64,000 nucleotides of DNA. Origin: Chlamydiales bacterium (GTDB lineage: Bacteria > Chlamydiota > Chlamydiia > Chlamydiales > SM23-39). The notes beneath the pieces are model-generated. The model was not told the origin of the DNA, made no database searches, and saw nothing but the letters and a program-made list of their open reading frames with translations. Shown piece after piece: positions 25,848 to 35,953 of this stretch; positions within the stretch are counted from its first letter, which is position 1; each line of letters begins with the position of its first letter. Location of the stretch: the NCBI GenBank assembly GCA_030681135.1, contig JAUXXF010000010.1:31539-95538 (forward strand), read 5' to 3'. Both the position numbers and the translations under genes were made by a program.

Positions 25848-26803
25848 AACCCAACAGCTGCCAAAACCGCTTTCCAATCTACTGTTGCAACAAGTAAGCC
25901 CAGAGCGCAGACGCGACAAGCTTTCCAATTCACAGTCTCTTGATAAATCTTTTGACTCCAAAGATTAGATAAAAGAATCACTAACACAGAAAAAGCAGGA
26001 TAAATCACCGCATGCTCTAAGCTAGAGGCCGCCTCTGTAGCCCAAACTAAGAAAAATGTCCCTAAGCTATTGGCAAAACCTCCAGCCATCCCATTAAAGA
26101 CTTCCGGTTTTTGCAAAGCGCGTTTTTCCTTTTTTAAAAATCCGTAAAGCTGCATCAACATAGCCACACCAAACATGATTGGCAAAAACCACTGACTTTT
26201 GGCATGAGTCTCCTCAAAAGAAAGCCATCCCCCTTCGAAATAAGGAAAATTCATAAGAAGCGCGCGCCACTGAAAAATCACTAAGAGACCAATATGTAGA
26301 CAAAACATCGTCGAGGCAAAAAACACCCAGGCTCTGAAATGCTCCATCCCTTGGAAGCCTCTGCTAGCCCAAAAAAGCCCCGCAAGAACAATCAAAGATC
26401 CTACAGCATGCCAAAATGTATATACAAATCCAAAGGCCGTCCCAAAATAAAGGCTCATCACAACGCCCGGAAACACCGTAGATCCACTGAGAATGGAAAA
26501 AGTCAGGCCAGATGGACCTTTTTCCAAGGCCTTTCCCAGCGCCTCAAACATAAAACTATAGACGAGCCCCGCAGATATCCCAAGGATAAGAATAAAAGGG
26601 TTGATCGCAAAATCTTGCGTCCTTAACGGGCCTAATAAGATATTGACTGCGCACCCGATCCCCATCCCCAAGACTAAAAATGCTCGAGTGGTTCCCCCTT
26701 GGTCGATACTTCGACGCATGCAAAAATTGGAAGCGCTGCAAAAACAGGCAGCAATAAAAACTAAAAAAATACTCATAAACTTTGATTGGTTAACATTCTT
26801 CAA
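25844..26803 (-). CDS. polytopic membrane transporter, DMT/EamA-like
   Basis: About 10 TM segments in two halves. No soluble domain. Confidence 0.6.
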   Translation of the reverse strand: MKNVNQSKFMSIFLVFIAACFCSASNFCMRRSIDQGGTTRAFLVLGMGIGCAVNILLGPLRTQDFAINPFILILGISAGLVYSFMFEALGKALEKGPSGLTFSILSGSTVFPGVVMSLYFGTAFGFVYTFWHAVGSLIVLAGLFWASRGFQGMEHFRAWVFFASTMFCLHIGLLVIFQWRALLMNFPYFEGGWLSFEETHAKSQWFLPIMFGVAMLMQLYGFLKKEKRALQKPEVFNGMAGGFANSLGTFFLVWATEAASSLEHAVIYPAFSVLVILLSNLWSQKIYQETVNWKACRVCALGLLVATVDWKAVLAAVGL

Positions 26804-26890
26804 GAAAAGATATCACAAAATTCTTAAAAAAGAAAAGATTTTCGATATTATCCCCCTCTAAGTATAATCCGGTATTGGGAGAGGTGTCAC

Positions 26891-29461
26891 ATGCGCGCTT
26901 GGCTAGCTGTTATTATTCCATTTACTTGCATAGCTCAAATAGAACCTGAAGAAGAGGCTCTTTCTTTGCGTAGGATCGCAGATTTTTGGCAGGAAGGAGA
27001 ATACCTACTTGTCAAAAACCAGATCGAAGGCTATTTGACCAAATATCCGGATAGCGCCTATTACGATACGCTATGCGCCGCCCTGGGAGATCTTTGCCTA
27101 AGGGAGAAAAACTACTCCACAGCTCTCGATTATTACTCCAGGATCCTTGATCCAGAGTGGCAAAATACAGTTTTTCTTAACAGGATGCAGTGTCTTTATT
27201 ACCTAGAATGGTATACGACTTTAGCTGATGAATGCGAAGAATTTTTAGCCAAAAATGAACATACCACCGCTGCTCCTCAAGCCACATACTATTTAGCCAT
27301 CGCCCTTTATCAGCAGTGTTTGAATGCCGAAAATGATCCAGAGCTCCTCGAAACGATCGCGTTGAGAGCTAAACCCCACTTTGCAACGCTTTTAGAAAAT
27401 GGCAGATCTACTGAAGTTTCTCAAGCGCTTGCCTACTTATGCTGCACCTTAAAAGAATTCCCTCAAGCCTCTGATATTTATCTTCAACTCGCTGAACAAG
27501 ATGAAGAGCGAAAAGAACAGCTCTTGTTTCAAGCAGCCGTACTTCAATCAAGCTTTGATAAAGAAAAAGCCACCTCTACCTTTAAAAAAGTAGCTGATTT
27601 AGGCCAAAATAAGGCGCAAGATGCTGCTTTTAACTATCTTGTTCTCCATTTTGAGATGAAACACTATGATCTCATCCTTCAAGAAAAACAGGATCTTTTA
27701 ACAAAAATTGTCTCTTCTCAGCAGCCGAATGCTCATCTTTTATTTGGACAAAGCCATTTCCATCTCAAAGAATATTCTGAGGCGATGAAAGAACTAACTT
27801 TTTTTGTCGACTCGGCCCTCTCTTACGAGACTCGCCGCCCAGGAATGATCTATCTCTTAGCGGCAGCCTTCAAAGAAAATGACCTAGCCGCCTTCGAAAG
27901 AACCATTGCTCAACTAGATCCGCAAGACTCTGAACAGCCACAAGCTCTATTTGCCTTTAGCTCTTTATTAAAACAGCAAGGACATAAGGAAAAAGCTACA
28001 GATCGCTTGGCTTATCTGCTTGACACATACCCCGAATTCCCCGAAAAACCCAAAGCTCTTTTTGAACTCACAGATCTGGAATATCAAAACCGCCATTGGA
28101 AATCTTGCAGATCTCATGCACAATGGTTTGTTGCAGAATATCCTTCCCACGAACTGACTCCCAAAGCTTGGCACTACCTGATTTCTTCTTCGACTCAGCT
28201 CAGCGAACAAGAAATGCTTGGTCAACACACCCTGAAAAAGCAACTCACTTCAGATCTGGAAATTTTGCTTACCTATGCAGATTTATTTACTAAAGAAGAA
28301 ATTTGTGATTGGCAGTTTCTTCTAGCCAAAACCTATTATGAATTGCACGAGCATCAAAAAGCCTTTGAACTTGTAGAAGCGCTCATGCAGCACCCCTCCT
28401 TTCCCGAGATAGCCAATACCTATTTGCTTATGGCCCTGCTGCAAAAAGACGAATCAGCCGAGCTATTTTGCTACTACGCCGAAGAAGCTCTCTCTTTGGG
28501 AGCAAATCTAGTCGATACCACCCAACTGCACATCGCTCTTTTTAATGGCTATTTAGAATCCTCTGAGAAGCAACCTGAACTGATCGAAAAAGCCGCTCAC
28601 CATTTATTCATCGCCTTCTCTGCCAAAGGAACTCTTCAGCCAGAAAATCTTGATTGGCTGGCTAATTACTATTACACCCGAGCAGAAAAAGAAGATATAG
28701 CGACTCTTCGAGCCATACAGCTTTTCGAAAAGTGCAGCAAAACTGCTTCCAATACCTACAAATTAGCCAAATTATACTCTTTAACCTTGCAGATAGATAA
28801 ACAAGTAGCTTTATTAGAGGAAACCAAAGAGAGTCTGGGCCCAGAAGCAAAATATTTGCTTGCAGAAGGCTACAAGCACCTGGGAAAAAAAGAGGAAGCG
28901 ATTGCCTTATTTGATGCCATTGTCACAGAATCTTCCACCCTCAGAAATCCTACAGGCGCAGCAGCCTCCTTGGAAAGCGTCCGTCTCAAGCAAGAAAAAG
29001 GAACGATCTCTTGTCAAGATGCGGCCACCTGTTTAAAAAATCTCATGATTCAGCGCCGCCTTACGAATGAACCTGTTCATTTAGAAGCTGCCATTGAATA
29101 TATTGTTCTCCAATCAGAAGGAAACCCTGCTAAAAGACTAGCTTTATTGCAAAAAACGAAAGCAGATTTTGAAACCACCGATGACCTATTATCGAAAGAT
29201 TATCATGAAGCCAGACAAAAAATTCCGGAGAAAGATCACATCTATAAGATGTATATGTATTTTTTTGAAGCTGACATCTCCCTTTGTGAATATTTACTCA
29301 CAAAAGAACCCTCTTTGCGCGAGCAGCTAAAAAACACAACTGAAACTCTCTTTCTACGCATCAAGAAAGACCCAATTGGCGACGCTCTTTTAGGAGACAG
29401 AGTCAATGAAAAACTCCAGCTTGTGCAAGCCCATTTAAGGGAACATGAATCTGACGTTTAA
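26891..29461 (+). CDS. large TPR-repeat protein with signal peptide (856 aa)
   Basis: All-helical sequence with recurring TPR-like A/Y/L spacing (e.g. YYLAIALYQQCLN, LLAEGYKHLGKKEEAIALFD). Confidence 0.75.
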   Translation: MRAWLAVIIPFTCIAQIEPEEEALSLRRIADFWQEGEYLLVKNQIEGYLTKYPDSAYYDTLCAALGDLCLREKNYSTALDYYSRILDPEWQNTVFLNRMQCLYYLEWYTTLADECEEFLAKNEHTTAAPQATYYLAIALYQQCLNAENDPELLETIALRAKPHFATLLENGRSTEVSQALAYLCCTLKEFPQASDIYLQLAEQDEERKEQLLFQAAVLQSSFDKEKATSTFKKVADLGQNKAQDAAFNYLVLHFEMKHYDLILQEKQDLLTKIVSSQQPNAHLLFGQSHFHLKEYSEAMKELTFFVDSALSYETRRPGMIYLLAAAFKENDLAAFERTIAQLDPQDSEQPQALFAFSSLLKQQGHKEKATDRLAYLLDTYPEFPEKPKALFELTDLEYQNRHWKSCRSHAQWFVAEYPSHELTPKAWHYLISSSTQLSEQEMLGQHTLKKQLTSDLEILLTYADLFTKEEICDWQFLLAKTYYELHEHQKAFELVEALMQHPSFPEIANTYLLMALLQKDESAELFCYYAEEALSLGANLVDTTQLHIALFNGYLESSEKQPELIEKAAHHLFIAFSAKGTLQPENLDWLANYYYTRAEKEDIATLRAIQLFEKCSKTASNTYKLAKLYSLTLQIDKQVALLEETKESLGPEAKYLLAEGYKHLGKKEEAIALFDAIVTESSTLRNPTGAAASLESVRLKQEKGTISCQDAATCLKNLMIQRRLTNEPVHLEAAIEYIVLQSEGNPAKRLALLQKTKADFETTDDLLSKDYHEARQKIPEKDHIYKMYMYFFEADISLCEYLLTKEPSLREQLKNTTETLFLRIKKDPIGDALLGDRVNEKLQLVQAHLREHESDV

Positions 29462-31172
29462 ACGAAGAAAAATCCTTCTCAGGTGTATTGCTCTCTCTTT
29501 ATCTATTCACCTTAGCGTAGCTATTTTATTGCAGCGCCACACGATTTGGCTCTACTCTTCGAACTGCGTGCAAAGCCCGCCAACAACTGTCTGGCTGAGC
29601 TCCATGAATAAAGAAACGCAAGACGAGATTCTAAAAACTGCACTTACTCCCTCTGAATATACCCCCAGCGATCAACAATCTGTGAACGTTAAACCAGAAG
29701 AGGCGCACCTTGTGTGCCGGTCTATGATTTCTGATCCTTCCTATCTCTCTTCGAGCCCCTCATTCAATCAACCTCCTCCTTTTGACGCAAACTCTCTTCT
29801 CGTTGCAAACTCGGAAATTCTCGCTACACCTGAGCTACCGAGTGAAAAATTATTCAATCTTGCCTCCTATATTCCCAAAGATATTCTGATCCCTCGAGAA
29901 GAAATTGCCTCTTCGGCGCCGCCGCCCCCATCTCCCAGCTTTTATCCTGAAGATCTAATCACTTTTAGGCCAATTATGCCTCACATTGAGTTTACGCAGA
30001 CGCTGCCTGAAGATCTCTATGCAAAGCCAATAGGACCCGCCTTTATTTTGCCCAAGCAATCCCCTTCTCCTCCGACGCTTCAACCCTCATGGTTTAGCCT
30101 TCTTCCTCAGCTGCCCTCCTTGGAAGAACTAAATACCTCTTCTTATTCCGAAGAATTCGATATAGACTTGGTTTTTACCCCTCGCGAAGCTGAGCCAGGA
30201 TATTTATTTGCTCTGACTTTGATCCCGAAAGTAGATTTACAAATCCCCTCTTTAAAACAGCACTATATATTTCTGATTGACCGATCTAACTCGATTCAAA
30301 AAGAACGATTGGTCCACACAAAAAGCGCTCTCTACAAAGCCATTGAGCAGTTAAATCCAGAAGACACGTTTAATATCATTGTGTTTGATAGCAAAATGGA
30401 AAAACTCTTCCCGGCCCAAAGAGCGGCAACAAAATCGTCGATTTCTGCAGCGAAGGAATTTGTTCACAACATTGAATTAGGCAGTTTTTTCTCTCCTGCA
30501 GATCTCTATAAACCTCTTCTTCTTACAGTTCCCTCTCAATCGACAGAAAATGAGATGTATACAGCCATCCTTTTTACTGATGGAGATTCCCTTGCTAAAA
30601 AACAGGCGCAATTCTCCTTACTTCAACAGTGGAGTCAGTATAATCAAGGGAGAGTCACTCTTCATGTGGTAGCCATGGCTGGAGATAAACAGCTCTCTTC
30701 CTTGGAAGCCATTTGTGCATTAAATCGAGGCCAGTGCACTCAAAGTAATACAAGAAGAGGGATCAAAAGAAAGCTGCTAAGACTCATGAAAACGGTTGGG
30801 TCTCCCCTAGTAAAAAACATCTCTTGTCACGCCTTTAGTAGATCTCCGAATGCAATCATCGAACTTCACCCAGAAAATACCCGCACGAATCACTTATATT
30901 TAGGCCAGCCCTATACAATCTTTGGCTCCGCTGAAACGTTAGATGACTTTGTCCTTTTTGTCCAAGGACGGATCAAAGACAGGTGGTTAAATATTAGAAA
31001 AACCATCTCTTTTATTTCCGCGCGCAAAGGAGACGAGTCTTTAGGGCGCCAGTGGGCTTGGCAAAAAACTTACGATCTTTATCAACAATATCTCATAGAT
31101 AAAAACCCAGAACATCTGACTGAATTAAAAACTCTCGTCGATCCTCTGCATTTACCAATGGCCTTCCAGTGA
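29445..31172 (+). CDS. membrane-anchored von Willebrand factor type A (vWA) domain protein
   Basis: N-terminal TM helix, a Pro/Ser-rich linker, and a MIDAS motif DRSNS in YIFLIDRSNSIQKE...FNIIVFDS...ILFTDGD. It overlaps the TPR gene by 17 nt. Confidence 0.85.
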   Translation: MNLTFKRRKILLRCIALSLSIHLSVAILLQRHTIWLYSSNCVQSPPTTVWLSSMNKETQDEILKTALTPSEYTPSDQQSVNVKPEEAHLVCRSMISDPSYLSSSPSFNQPPPFDANSLLVANSEILATPELPSEKLFNLASYIPKDILIPREEIASSAPPPPSPSFYPEDLITFRPIMPHIEFTQTLPEDLYAKPIGPAFILPKQSPSPPTLQPSWFSLLPQLPSLEELNTSSYSEEFDIDLVFTPREAEPGYLFALTLIPKVDLQIPSLKQHYIFLIDRSNSIQKERLVHTKSALYKAIEQLNPEDTFNIIVFDSKMEKLFPAQRAATKSSISAAKEFVHNIELGSFFSPADLYKPLLLTVPSQSTENEMYTAILFTDGDSLAKKQAQFSLLQQWSQYNQGRVTLHVVAMAGDKQLSSLEAICALNRGQCTQSNTRRGIKRKLLRLMKTVGSPLVKNISCHAFSRSPNAIIELHPENTRTNHLYLGQPYTIFGSAETLDDFVLFVQGRIKDRWLNIRKTISFISARKGDESLGRQWAWQKTYDLYQQYLIDKNPEHLTELKTLVDPLHLPMAFQ

Positions 31173-31711
31173 CCTTAAAAATTTTTGGCGGAGAATATAA
31201 AGGCCGCCTATTAAAATCGCCAAAAGGACAAAATACCCGGCCAACTCAGGGCATTATAAGACAAGCAGTCTTCAACATATGCCAGACGGAAATTGAAGGA
31301 GCTACCTTTCTCGATCTCTTTGCTGGAAGTGGAGGCATGGGACTCGAAGCGCTAAGCCGAGGGGCTGCATGTGCTACCTTTGTCGAAAAAGATCGACATG
31401 CCTTAGCTTGCATCCATGAAAACATCCATATTCTCAACGTCTCTACCAGAGCGAAAATCCTACCAATGGATGCTAGGAGCGCTATAGAAAAACTTCAAGA
31501 GCCTTTTGATATGATCTATATAGATCCGCCTTATGACTTTTCGGTCCAAGAAATTGTAGACAAGATCTTGGCAAAGGGGCTCCTCTCATCTCTTCTTTTT
31601 ATTGAAGAGAGAGAAAAAACGCATGAATCAATGATCCATCCTTCTTTGGAGTTATACGATAAAAGGCGCTACGGCATTGCTCTACTTTCCATTTTTCGCA
31701 AGAAAAGTTAG
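31169..31711 (+). CDS. rsmD: 16S rRNA (guanine966-N2)-methyltransferase RsmD
   Basis: FLDLFAGSGGMGLEALSRGA SAM motif and IYIDPPY. It overlaps the vWA gene by 4 nt. Confidence 0.9.
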   Translation: MTLKIFGGEYKGRLLKSPKGQNTRPTQGIIRQAVFNICQTEIEGATFLDLFAGSGGMGLEALSRGAACATFVEKDRHALACIHENIHILNVSTRAKILPMDARSAIEKLQEPFDMIYIDPPYDFSVQEIVDKILAKGLLSSLLFIEEREKTHESMIHPSLELYDKRRYGIALLSIFRKKS

Positions 31712-31714
31712 AAG

Positions 31715-31779
31715 AACATCAACGATAGAACGATAAAAATTTATCGTTACATCGTTCTATCGTTTTTATCGTTGATGTT
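31715..31779. terminator. nested palindrome between the convergent rsmD and MORN genes
   Basis: AACATCAACGATA...TATCGTTGATGTT form the outer stem. Inner hairpins include GAACGATAAAAATTTATCGTT. Confidence 0.45.
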
Positions 31780-31793
31780 TCTTTCAAAGACTG

Positions 31794-34406
31794 TTAACGA
31801 ACGAGCCGGCCCTCTTCGTATTCGCTAATCGTTACTTCTCCTGAAGCGTCATATTTATACTTTGTCCCATCTAACTGATCATAGACAAAGGTTTGCTGGA
31901 TATAAGGAGAGCCGTCTTCATAATACTTATTAAAGACTCCGTGACGCATTCCATCAACGTACTCTGCTTCAAAAAGAAGAATTTGATCCTGACTCCATGT
32001 TTGACTCAGCCCGTGGAGCTTATCAGCCTCATATTGGCAAGTAGCTGCTAATGTTCCATCTTCAAAAAAGGTTCTCTCTTCTCCTTGCCGTTTTCCATGG
32101 GCATAAGGAGTTTGCCGAAATATCTCGCCACTAGGAAAGTACTGTGTGAGTAGACCCTGCTCCTCTCCATTGACAAATTCCATAGAGGCAAGCAAAGAGC
32201 CTTCTGGCGAATACATTTTTTCTAAACCTTCTTTGATGCCTGAAACATAAGAAGTCTCCAACATTTTCACGCCGTGTTGATTATATTCAACAGCGAGCCC
32301 ATGCATCCGATCCTTTTCAAAATAAGCCCGCAATGCCTTCACTTTCTCGCCCTTTTCATTGGGAGGATAATACACTTCATGAAGACCCTGTTTTAGATTA
32401 TTATGATAATGGAAGACGATTTCGCGTAAATCAGGCAAGCGCTGGAAAAAACGTCCCTCCATTTTCCCTTCGCTATAAGAAGCCTCTTCTAATAAAACAC
32501 CTTGTTCATCGAAAAGTTGTTTGAGACCGTGCAATACACCATGGCTATAGCAAACAAGAGATTGCAGAGTTCCACTTTGATAATAACTCTTCTCTTCTCC
32601 ATGAAACTGCCCTTGTTCGTCATAATGGAGCAATTTGCTCATCCGATCGCCCTCTTGCTGAGAGCTCTCAGTCCGAGGATAGTACTCTATATGTTTACCT
32701 ATAGGCTTATCCATAGAGTAGTTTTGGACAAAATGAACCGCTCCGTCAGGATACCAGGCCTTAGATTCCCCATCTAATTGATCGTTTGTAAAATGCATGA
32801 CTCGAAGGAGCTGCCCTGTTTCATCATACCATTTATGTTCCCCAACCTTCTTCCCTTCGCTAAAGGCGAACTCCGTTTTGATTTGTTCCTTATTCCACCA
32901 AGTAGCGACTACCCCTTCAAAAAGACCTTTTTTATAAAATGCTTCTGCAATTAAGTCTCCTTGCTCATTCCATTCTCTATGCCAACCTTCTCTAAGGCCC
33001 CCCATAAACTCTGCACGAAATTTTATATGCCCATTTTCATACCATTCAGAATGGATTCCTTCTGGCTGATCCATTTCAAAGTAAGAGTCTATCTTGGCAG
33101 CTCCGTCAGCATACCATTCAGCGAACTGGCCATTTTTTACTCCATCAACAAAAAAACCTCTGCAAGCAAGAACCCCATTTTCATGCCACTGCTCATGAAT
33201 GCCATCTCGCTTGTTTTGTTTGTAATGGGTCAAAGTCTTGATTTGTCCACCTGGATAATACTCTTTTTGCTCTCCCTCATACTGGCCAGCTGCATACTGA
33301 TACTCAGCTTTTACAACTAGGTTCGGATACCACTCTCGAAAATTGCCTTCAAGCTGATCATCCTGAACGAAATACTCACGAATATACCGTCCTTCCTCAT
33401 CGAATTCCACAATAGGAGAAAGCAAAGAGCCGGTCTCGTCATATTCAGCAAGAAACGCAAGACCTCCTTCAGGATGATTACGCCAGTGTTTGCCTACAGC
33501 TTTTCCATGAACAAATTGTCCTTCTCCAAGAAGAGTTCCATCTTCTGCAAAAAACTGCTCCTTGCCCTCTTTTTTCCCTTCCCTGAAGAAGATCTTATGA
33601 GACTCTTTCCCATTTTTATAGTAAGCGATATGGGATCCTATCGGCTCTCCTAATCTAAAATCCATCATCTGAGAAACATTAAGATCTTCATCGTAAACAA
33701 TGACAGCAGGCGTTTTCCCATTTCCATGAAGATTTCCGTCTAAAAATTGTTTTTGCATTTTTAGGCGACCATTTGGATGCCACTCTGTCATAAGGCCGTG
33801 AATTTTTCCTTGTTTATAAGGAATAGAAAATACTTTTAATCCACTTTCAAGATATTGGACGACTTCTCCTTCTAATTTTCCCTTAACGTAAAAGCCTTCT
33901 TCAGAAATTTGACCATTTTCATAAAAGCTTTGAGCCGCCCCTTCTAATAAGCCATGATCAAAGGAAGCGAGAGCTCTCAGCTTGCCACTGGGAAACATGG
34001 TTCTCACTTCTCCATGCAATACCCCTTTGTCATACGTTGAGATCTGAATCATCTCCCCTTGCTGCGTCCAATCGACCCTAAATCCATGAGGAACTAATAA
34101 AGGCTCTTGCAGCTCAGCCTCAGCATCTGTTTTGGGGAGAGGTAAAAGATCGTATTCCGCCTGCAAAGCTCCATTTGGATAGAAATGGACCTGTTTAACA
34201 GGCTTTTCGCCTTCAACGCTCGGCTCATGATAAATCACCGTTTTTACAGATCCTTGGGGGTAAGATTCTAAGACCTCGATGCGCCAGTTAGGCTGCCTCG
34301 GCTTCAAATTCACCTGCAAAGGAGGTGGCTGGCCAATTCCATGGACTCCAATAGGAGATCCCAGAGCAAGAGTTCCCACGATGATCAAAAACAGAAATTT
34401 CCTCAC
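31794..34406 (-). CDS. secreted MORN-repeat-variant protein (870 aa)
   Basis: Signal peptide followed by about 30 copies of a 23-24-aa G-x-W/Y-x-x-Y/W-Y-x-N/D-G motif (e.g. GEQKEYYPGGQIKT, GIHSEWYENGHIKF). Confidence 0.85.
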   Translation of the reverse strand: MRKFLFLIIVGTLALGSPIGVHGIGQPPPLQVNLKPRQPNWRIEVLESYPQGSVKTVIYHEPSVEGEKPVKQVHFYPNGALQAEYDLLPLPKTDAEAELQEPLLVPHGFRVDWTQQGEMIQISTYDKGVLHGEVRTMFPSGKLRALASFDHGLLEGAAQSFYENGQISEEGFYVKGKLEGEVVQYLESGLKVFSIPYKQGKIHGLMTEWHPNGRLKMQKQFLDGNLHGNGKTPAVIVYDEDLNVSQMMDFRLGEPIGSHIAYYKNGKESHKIFFREGKKEGKEQFFAEDGTLLGEGQFVHGKAVGKHWRNHPEGGLAFLAEYDETGSLLSPIVEFDEEGRYIREYFVQDDQLEGNFREWYPNLVVKAEYQYAAGQYEGEQKEYYPGGQIKTLTHYKQNKRDGIHEQWHENGVLACRGFFVDGVKNGQFAEWYADGAAKIDSYFEMDQPEGIHSEWYENGHIKFRAEFMGGLREGWHREWNEQGDLIAEAFYKKGLFEGVVATWWNKEQIKTEFAFSEGKKVGEHKWYDETGQLLRVMHFTNDQLDGESKAWYPDGAVHFVQNYSMDKPIGKHIEYYPRTESSQQEGDRMSKLLHYDEQGQFHGEEKSYYQSGTLQSLVCYSHGVLHGLKQLFDEQGVLLEEASYSEGKMEGRFFQRLPDLREIVFHYHNNLKQGLHEVYYPPNEKGEKVKALRAYFEKDRMHGLAVEYNQHGVKMLETSYVSGIKEGLEKMYSPEGSLLASMEFVNGEEQGLLTQYFPSGEIFRQTPYAHGKRQGEERTFFEDGTLAATCQYEADKLHGLSQTWSQDQILLFEAEYVDGMRHGVFNKYYEDGSPYIQQTFVYDQLDGTKYKYDASGEVTISEYEEGRLVR

Positions 34407-34638
34407 AAAACACCCGTATATTAAGAATTTTAAACATCAGAGTAAGCGAAAAGAGAAATTCCTACAAGACTCATCATTGAGCTATTGAATAAAAAATATT
34501 TACAATACAAAAACCTTTCAAGCGCTAGCGACGTTGCTTTCACAGAATTTGGGGTAGAACGAGCATATGCCGCGGCAGCTCAAAATCAATATTTCAAACC
34601 GCCCGCGGAATAGAGGGAAAAAGAGACAGCTTTTTTGC

Positions 34639-34950
34639 TTATGGTGTTGGAGCCATGCCTACAGCCACACCAACAACCGGCGCTTGACCTACTATAACTG
34701 CCCCTGTTGCCACTAATCCAAGGCCAACGCCAGTAGGCGCCAATACTACTCCCGCGGCCATCACTGAAACGCCCACAACAGCTGTACCAAGACCTGCAAA
34801 AAATCCTGCAATCGGACCTGCACTGGCTTGTGGCAGATTGGCCAATACAGCTAAAGCAACTGCACCGATGGCTACATCTGTTGCATTTCTTAGCATTTGG
34901 GAGGGGCTAGCAAGAGTTGGAAGATTGTTTGTAATTGCTGATATATCCAT
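34639..34950 (-). CDS. small Gly/Ala/Val-rich (glycine-zipper) membrane protein, 103 aa
   Basis: AGGAG lies 8 nt upstream of the ATG. A hydrophilic 25-aa N-terminus is followed by about 75 aa of GxxxG/A-rich hydrophobic sequence. The segment has locally elevated GC. Confidence 0.55.
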   Translation of the reverse strand: MDISAITNNLPTLASPSQMLRNATDVAIGAVALAVLANLPQASAGPIAGFFAGLGTAVVGVSVMAAGVVLAPTGVGLGLVATGAVIVGQAPVVGVAVGMAPTP

Positions 34951-35096
34951 AAAATTTTCTCCTATTTAAATTTGGGGTAGAATAGAGCTCTTTCGAAACT
35001 TTCACCTGATCATAAAATGTTGTCTCCGACTTACACAATGACAAGACAAAAATTTCAAGAAAATTTATACCATGTAATCTTTATTAAAATCAAGGG

Positions 35097-35582
35097 TCAC
35101 TTCACATCGTCAGGATGGACAGGCCCCTCTTGATCTGAGAGCTGTTTTTTATAAAAACACTCAGGAAGAAGAATCTCTCGAGAAAATTCTAGATTGACAT
35201 CATGCAGCTCAAGAAGCCCCTTAGGCTCCACGCAGCCGGTAGGTGAAAAAGAAACCACTAATTGCTCCGCCTCTTTCCCATTAAACACGACTTTGATCGG
35301 ATCAATGAAATAAGGCTTAGAAAAAAAAGAAGGGAGATGCACAGAAAAACAACGAACAGCTATTCGTTTTTGATCAACCCCTAACTGAAATGTCCAATCA
35401 ACCGCTGTATTGATCGCCATCCTATGCGCTAACTGCAGCTGCATCTCGACCTTGGATGCATCCGCATAAAACCTGTGTTTTTTGATCGCCTGATGCACGT
35501 TCCAAAAAACAATCCCTGAGGCAAACAACATCAGCGCAAGCCCGAGCATCATCTCTAGAAGAGTAAAGCACCTTTTTTTCAT
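35097..35582 (-). CDS. type II secretion minor pseudopilin-like protein
   Basis: Prepilin-type N-terminus MKKRCFTLLEMMLGLALMLFASGIV. It overlaps gspG by 4 nt. Confidence 0.7.
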   Translation of the reverse strand: MKKRCFTLLEMMLGLALMLFASGIVFWNVHQAIKKHRFYADASKVEMQLQLAHRMAINTAVDWTFQLGVDQKRIAVRCFSVHLPSFFSKPYFIDPIKVVFNGKEAEQLVVSFSPTGCVEPKGLLELHDVNLEFSREILLPECFYKKQLSDQEGPVHPDDVK

Positions 35583-35947
35583 CCTTTGTCTTTCAGAAAT
35601 TTCTCGTAAGCTTCCGATTCGATCCGAAAATCCCCCTCTTCATCTAGATAGGTAATGACAAACTTGTTTCCCCATCCATCTTTAAGGAGCTCATCTACAT
35701 TTTTAGCAAGCCCTAGCTGCCTAATATAGTCAGCAGGTTTTTTCAACACCTTCTGTGGAGCATTTCCATCCGCAACAGAAAGTAACAACATATCGTGAAG
35801 CTGCTCTTTGGCCCGCTCAGTACGAAATGCTCTTCCGCGATTCAAAGTCCCTCTCATATTATAGCCAATCACACCGGTAATCAGGATAATCAGAGAAATC
35901 ACAATCATAATTTCTAATAGAGTCAATGCTCTTTTCTTCTTTTTCAT
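35579..35947 (-). CDS. gspG: type II secretion major pseudopilin GspG
   Basis: KKRALTLLEIMIVISLIILITGV prepilin motif, 122 aa, downstream of gspF. Confidence 0.85.
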   Translation of the reverse strand: MKKKKRALTLLEIMIVISLIILITGVIGYNMRGTLNRGRAFRTERAKEQLHDMLLLSVADGNAPQKVLKKPADYIRQLGLAKNVDELLKDGWGNKFVITYLDEEGDFRIESEAYEKFLKDKG

Positions 35948-35953
35948 AACCCC

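Noticed and set aside
25848-25961. N-terminal half of the 76-aa track ORF (25731-25961)
   Set aside because: This part overlaps the 3' end of the DMT transporter gene in another frame and has no family resemblance. Only the last 38 codons, from the ATGA-coupled Met, look like a gene remnant.
31794-34406. Interpreting the MORN-variant repeat protein as a toxin-antitoxin (YwqK-type) component
   Set aside because: It is an 870-aa signal-peptide protein with no partner gene. Only the repeat type is shared with YwqK-like proteins, so a TA role is not supported.
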